DNA from: a virus
Taxonomy: Duplodnaviria > Caudoviricetes
Reading direction: 5' to 3' (one strand)
Virus record (IMG/VR): IMGVR_UViG_3300030613_000018
Location: 1-43,676 of that record
DNA length: 43,676 nucleotides
Both the position numbers and the translations under genes were made by a program. The notes below the pieces were generated by a model. It saw only the letters and a program-made list of their open reading frames with translations, was not told the origin of the DNA and did not search any database. Below, one piece after another: positions 43,365 to 43,676 of the stretch (the stretch's first letter is position 1; each line of letters opens with the position of its first letter).

Positions 43365-43676
43365 CCCCTTTTTATGATTTTTTCGACGTCCTCAATAAAA
43401 CGGACGACGTAATACTCCCCACCCTGGGCCTTGACCTCACTCCCAAATTCTATTTGTGCGGCGCTTAACGCCCCAGTAGGCGTCTTGACTTCAAGAAACA
43501 GAGTCCGCCCGCCCCGGACCGCGATCAGATCAGAGATCCCGGGAGTCCCAAACGGTCCACCCTGAACCGTCGCGACGTAAAAATGATTCCACTGTAAAAA
43601 CTCGCGGATGGTCCGCTTTAGACCGCTTTCAACCTGTTTTTTCCGTTGTTGATTCAGCGCATTCCCCCGCGGCCTT
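43361..43676 (-). CDS. VRR-NUC nuclease (106 aa; starts at nt 13 and crosses the circular junction)
   Basis: Hand translation MGRPRGN...VESGLKRTIREFL...GTPGISDLIAVRGGRTLFLEVKTPTGALSAAQIEF...GGEYYVVR. Confidence 0.9.
   Translation of the reverse strand, partial: RPRGNALNQQRKKQVESGLKRTIREFLQWNHFYVATVQGGPFGTPGISDLIAVRGGRTLFLEVKTPTGALSAAQIEFGSEVKAQGGEYYVVRFIEDVEKIIKRG

Noticed and set aside
190-43412. Plus-strand ORFs in the track (e.g. 4410..5252, 6435..7079, 19601..20497)
   Set aside because: They are antisense shadows of well-supported minus-strand genes, with no recognisable motifs.

Overview
An apparently complete, circularly permuted ~43.67 kb tailed dsDNA phage genome with a short-tailed (podovirus-like) virion module. 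An 8-bp terminal overlap joins the two ends in frame through a VRR-NUC gene. Essentially every real gene is on the minus strand. In transcription order: early genes from a strong sigma70-type promoter at ~6.5 kb; a recombination module (SMC-like ATPase, RecE-like exonuclease, HNH, Sak4-like ATPase); VRR-NUC and small accessory genes (Gp37/Gp68, ASCH); a DnaB-like helicase and an initiator with internal iterons; terS/terL, portal, scaffold and major capsid; an EndoVII-type homing endonuclease; beta-helix, collagen and FN3 proteins; an FkbM methyltransferase and a GT8-GT9 glycosyltransferase fusion; adaptor, nozzle and a Cys-rich fibre-like protein; three ejection proteins (the largest a 1927-aa polyvalent protein with a PRTase and two ADP-ribosyltransferase-like cassettes); tail fibre; and a lysis cassette. 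I recognise no integrase, protein repressor or parA/parB. The most interesting signals are non-coding. They are a host-type parS palindrome, phased DnaA boxes at the early promoter, a C4/CI-like cloverleaf whose two loops match the start of its own leader, two tRNA-like structured RNAs, an anti-Shine-Dalgarno hairpin complementary to the first early RBS, and an RBS-sequestering hairpin on the homing endonuclease. Together they suggest an RNA-controlled, host-ParB-borrowing lifestyle, which is a hypothesis only. All family calls come from motif recognition by eye; no database search was run.
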